From: Candidatus Yonathbacteria bacterium
GTDB taxonomy: Bacteria; Patescibacteriota; Minisyncoccia; Phycocordibacterales; UBA1550
Assembly: GCA_016215205.1 (NCBI GenBank)
Contig: JACRKU010000013.1
Coordinates: forward strand, 29,016-93,015
Direction of reading: 5' to 3'
DNA: 64,000 nt
A model generated the notes under the pieces. It ran no database searches and was not told the origin of the DNA. It was given only the letters and a program-made list of their open reading frames with translations. How positions within the stretch are numbered: position 1 is the first letter of the stretch; each line of letters starts with the position of its first letter. The position numbers and the translations under genes are program-made. Below are positions 63,097 to 64,000 of the stretch, one piece after another.

Positions 63097-64000
63097 ATGA
63101 CAAAAGTAATTACGCGTTTCGCGCCATCTCCAACGGGGGTGCTCCATATCGGTTCTGTGCGCACCGCGCTCTATTCGTGGCTGTATGCAAGACAGAACAA
63201 CGGAAAGTTTATTCTTCGCATTGAGGATACCGACAAGGAGCGTTCAAAAAAAGAATTTGAAGACAACATCATTGATGGGCTTAATTGGCTCGGTCTCACT
63301 CATGATGAGTTTTTCCGACAGTCGGATCGCTCGGTTTTTTACAAAGAGAAAATTATTGAACTCATCGCAAAAGGCGCGGTGTATGTGTCAAAAGAAGAAC
63401 CAAAGGAACCCGGCGGTCGCGCAGAAGTGATTCGTTTCAAAAATCCAAATCGCGTGGTGACTTTTGAGGATGTTGTGCGCGGAGATATTTCTTTTGACAC
63501 CACAGAGCTCGGTGATTTTGTCATCGCAAAGGATTTTGACACACCGCTGTACCACTTTGCGGTGGTGGTGGATGATTTTGAGATGGGAGTCACGCATGTG
63601 ATTCGCGGTGATGACGCTATTTCGAATACACCGAGACAAATTCTCATTCAAGAAGCGCTTGGCGCGCCACGCCCTATTTACACGCATTTGCCAATGATTC
63701 TCGCGCCTGACAAATCAAAACTTTCCAAGCGTCATGGCGCTTTGGCAGTTACTGAATATCACGAGGAAGGATATTTGCCTGAAGCGATATTAAATTTTGT
63801 CGCGCTTATGGGGTGGAACCCGGGCAATGATCAAGAAATCATTTCTCTTGAAGAGATGGTAAAACTTTTCACACTTCCAAAAGTCCAAAAAAGCGCCGCC
63901 GTTTTTAATATCGACAAATTAAAATGGCTCAACAAACATTATATGAAACTTCTTTCTGCGGATAGAGCAGGGGAGGAGATTCTCACGCGGTTCCCTCCCA
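63097..64000 (+). CDS. gltX: Glutamate-tRNA ligase (runs off window end; absent from ORF track)
   Basis: Hand translation: TRFAPSPTG.LHIG, LRIEDTD, THVIRG, KLSKRHG. Confidence 0.96.
   Translation, partial: MTKVITRFAPSPTGVLHIGSVRTALYSWLYARQNNGKFILRIEDTDKERSKKEFEDNIIDGLNWLGLTHDEFFRQSDRSVFYKEKIIELIAKGAVYVSKEEPKEPGGRAEVIRFKNPNRVVTFEDVVRGDISFDTTELGDFVIAKDFDTPLYHFAVVVDDFEMGVTHVIRGDDAISNTPRQILIQEALGAPRPIYTHLPMILAPDKSKLSKRHGALAVTEYHEEGYLPEAILNFVALMGWNPGNDQEIISLEEMVKLFTLPKVQKSAAVFNIDKLKWLNKHYMKLLSADRAGEEILTRFPP

Overview
A gene-dense, mostly + strand housekeeping segment of a small-genome bacterium, most consistent with Patescibacteria/CPR, Parcubacteria-like (inference from short intergenics, streamlined aaRS/Rel forms, the FtsA-like + baseplate-J pair, and no catabolic or respiratory genes; genetic code 11). 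It holds rpmF-nusB-rnc, smc, rnr, the alpha ribosomal operon, grpE-dnaK-dnaJ, mreBCD-pbp2, two fragments of the dcw cluster, six aminoacyl-tRNA synthetases, parB, rel, topA, dprA, scpAB, two intact tRNAs (Gln-TTG, Glu-CTC), and two accessory patches (about 18.4-25 kb and 39-44.4 kb). The most striking signal is a family of small (about 200-240 bp) non-coding structured elements. Each sits between duplicated 3' ends of an essential gene (tRNA-Glu and topA), and the copies share a 13-nt identical core plus covarying hairpins. A related hairpin occurs at tRNA-Gln, which is nested inside two halves of a second tRNA-Gln. Other oddities: a complementary 'split' histidine kinase pair, a hinge-less 749-aa SMC, a NusB-NUDIX fusion, an in-frame palindrome inside mraY, an internally deleted prolyl oligopeptidase, and a compact flavinylation/electron-transfer cluster. 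No database searches or folding programs were run; calls rest on motifs read by eye.
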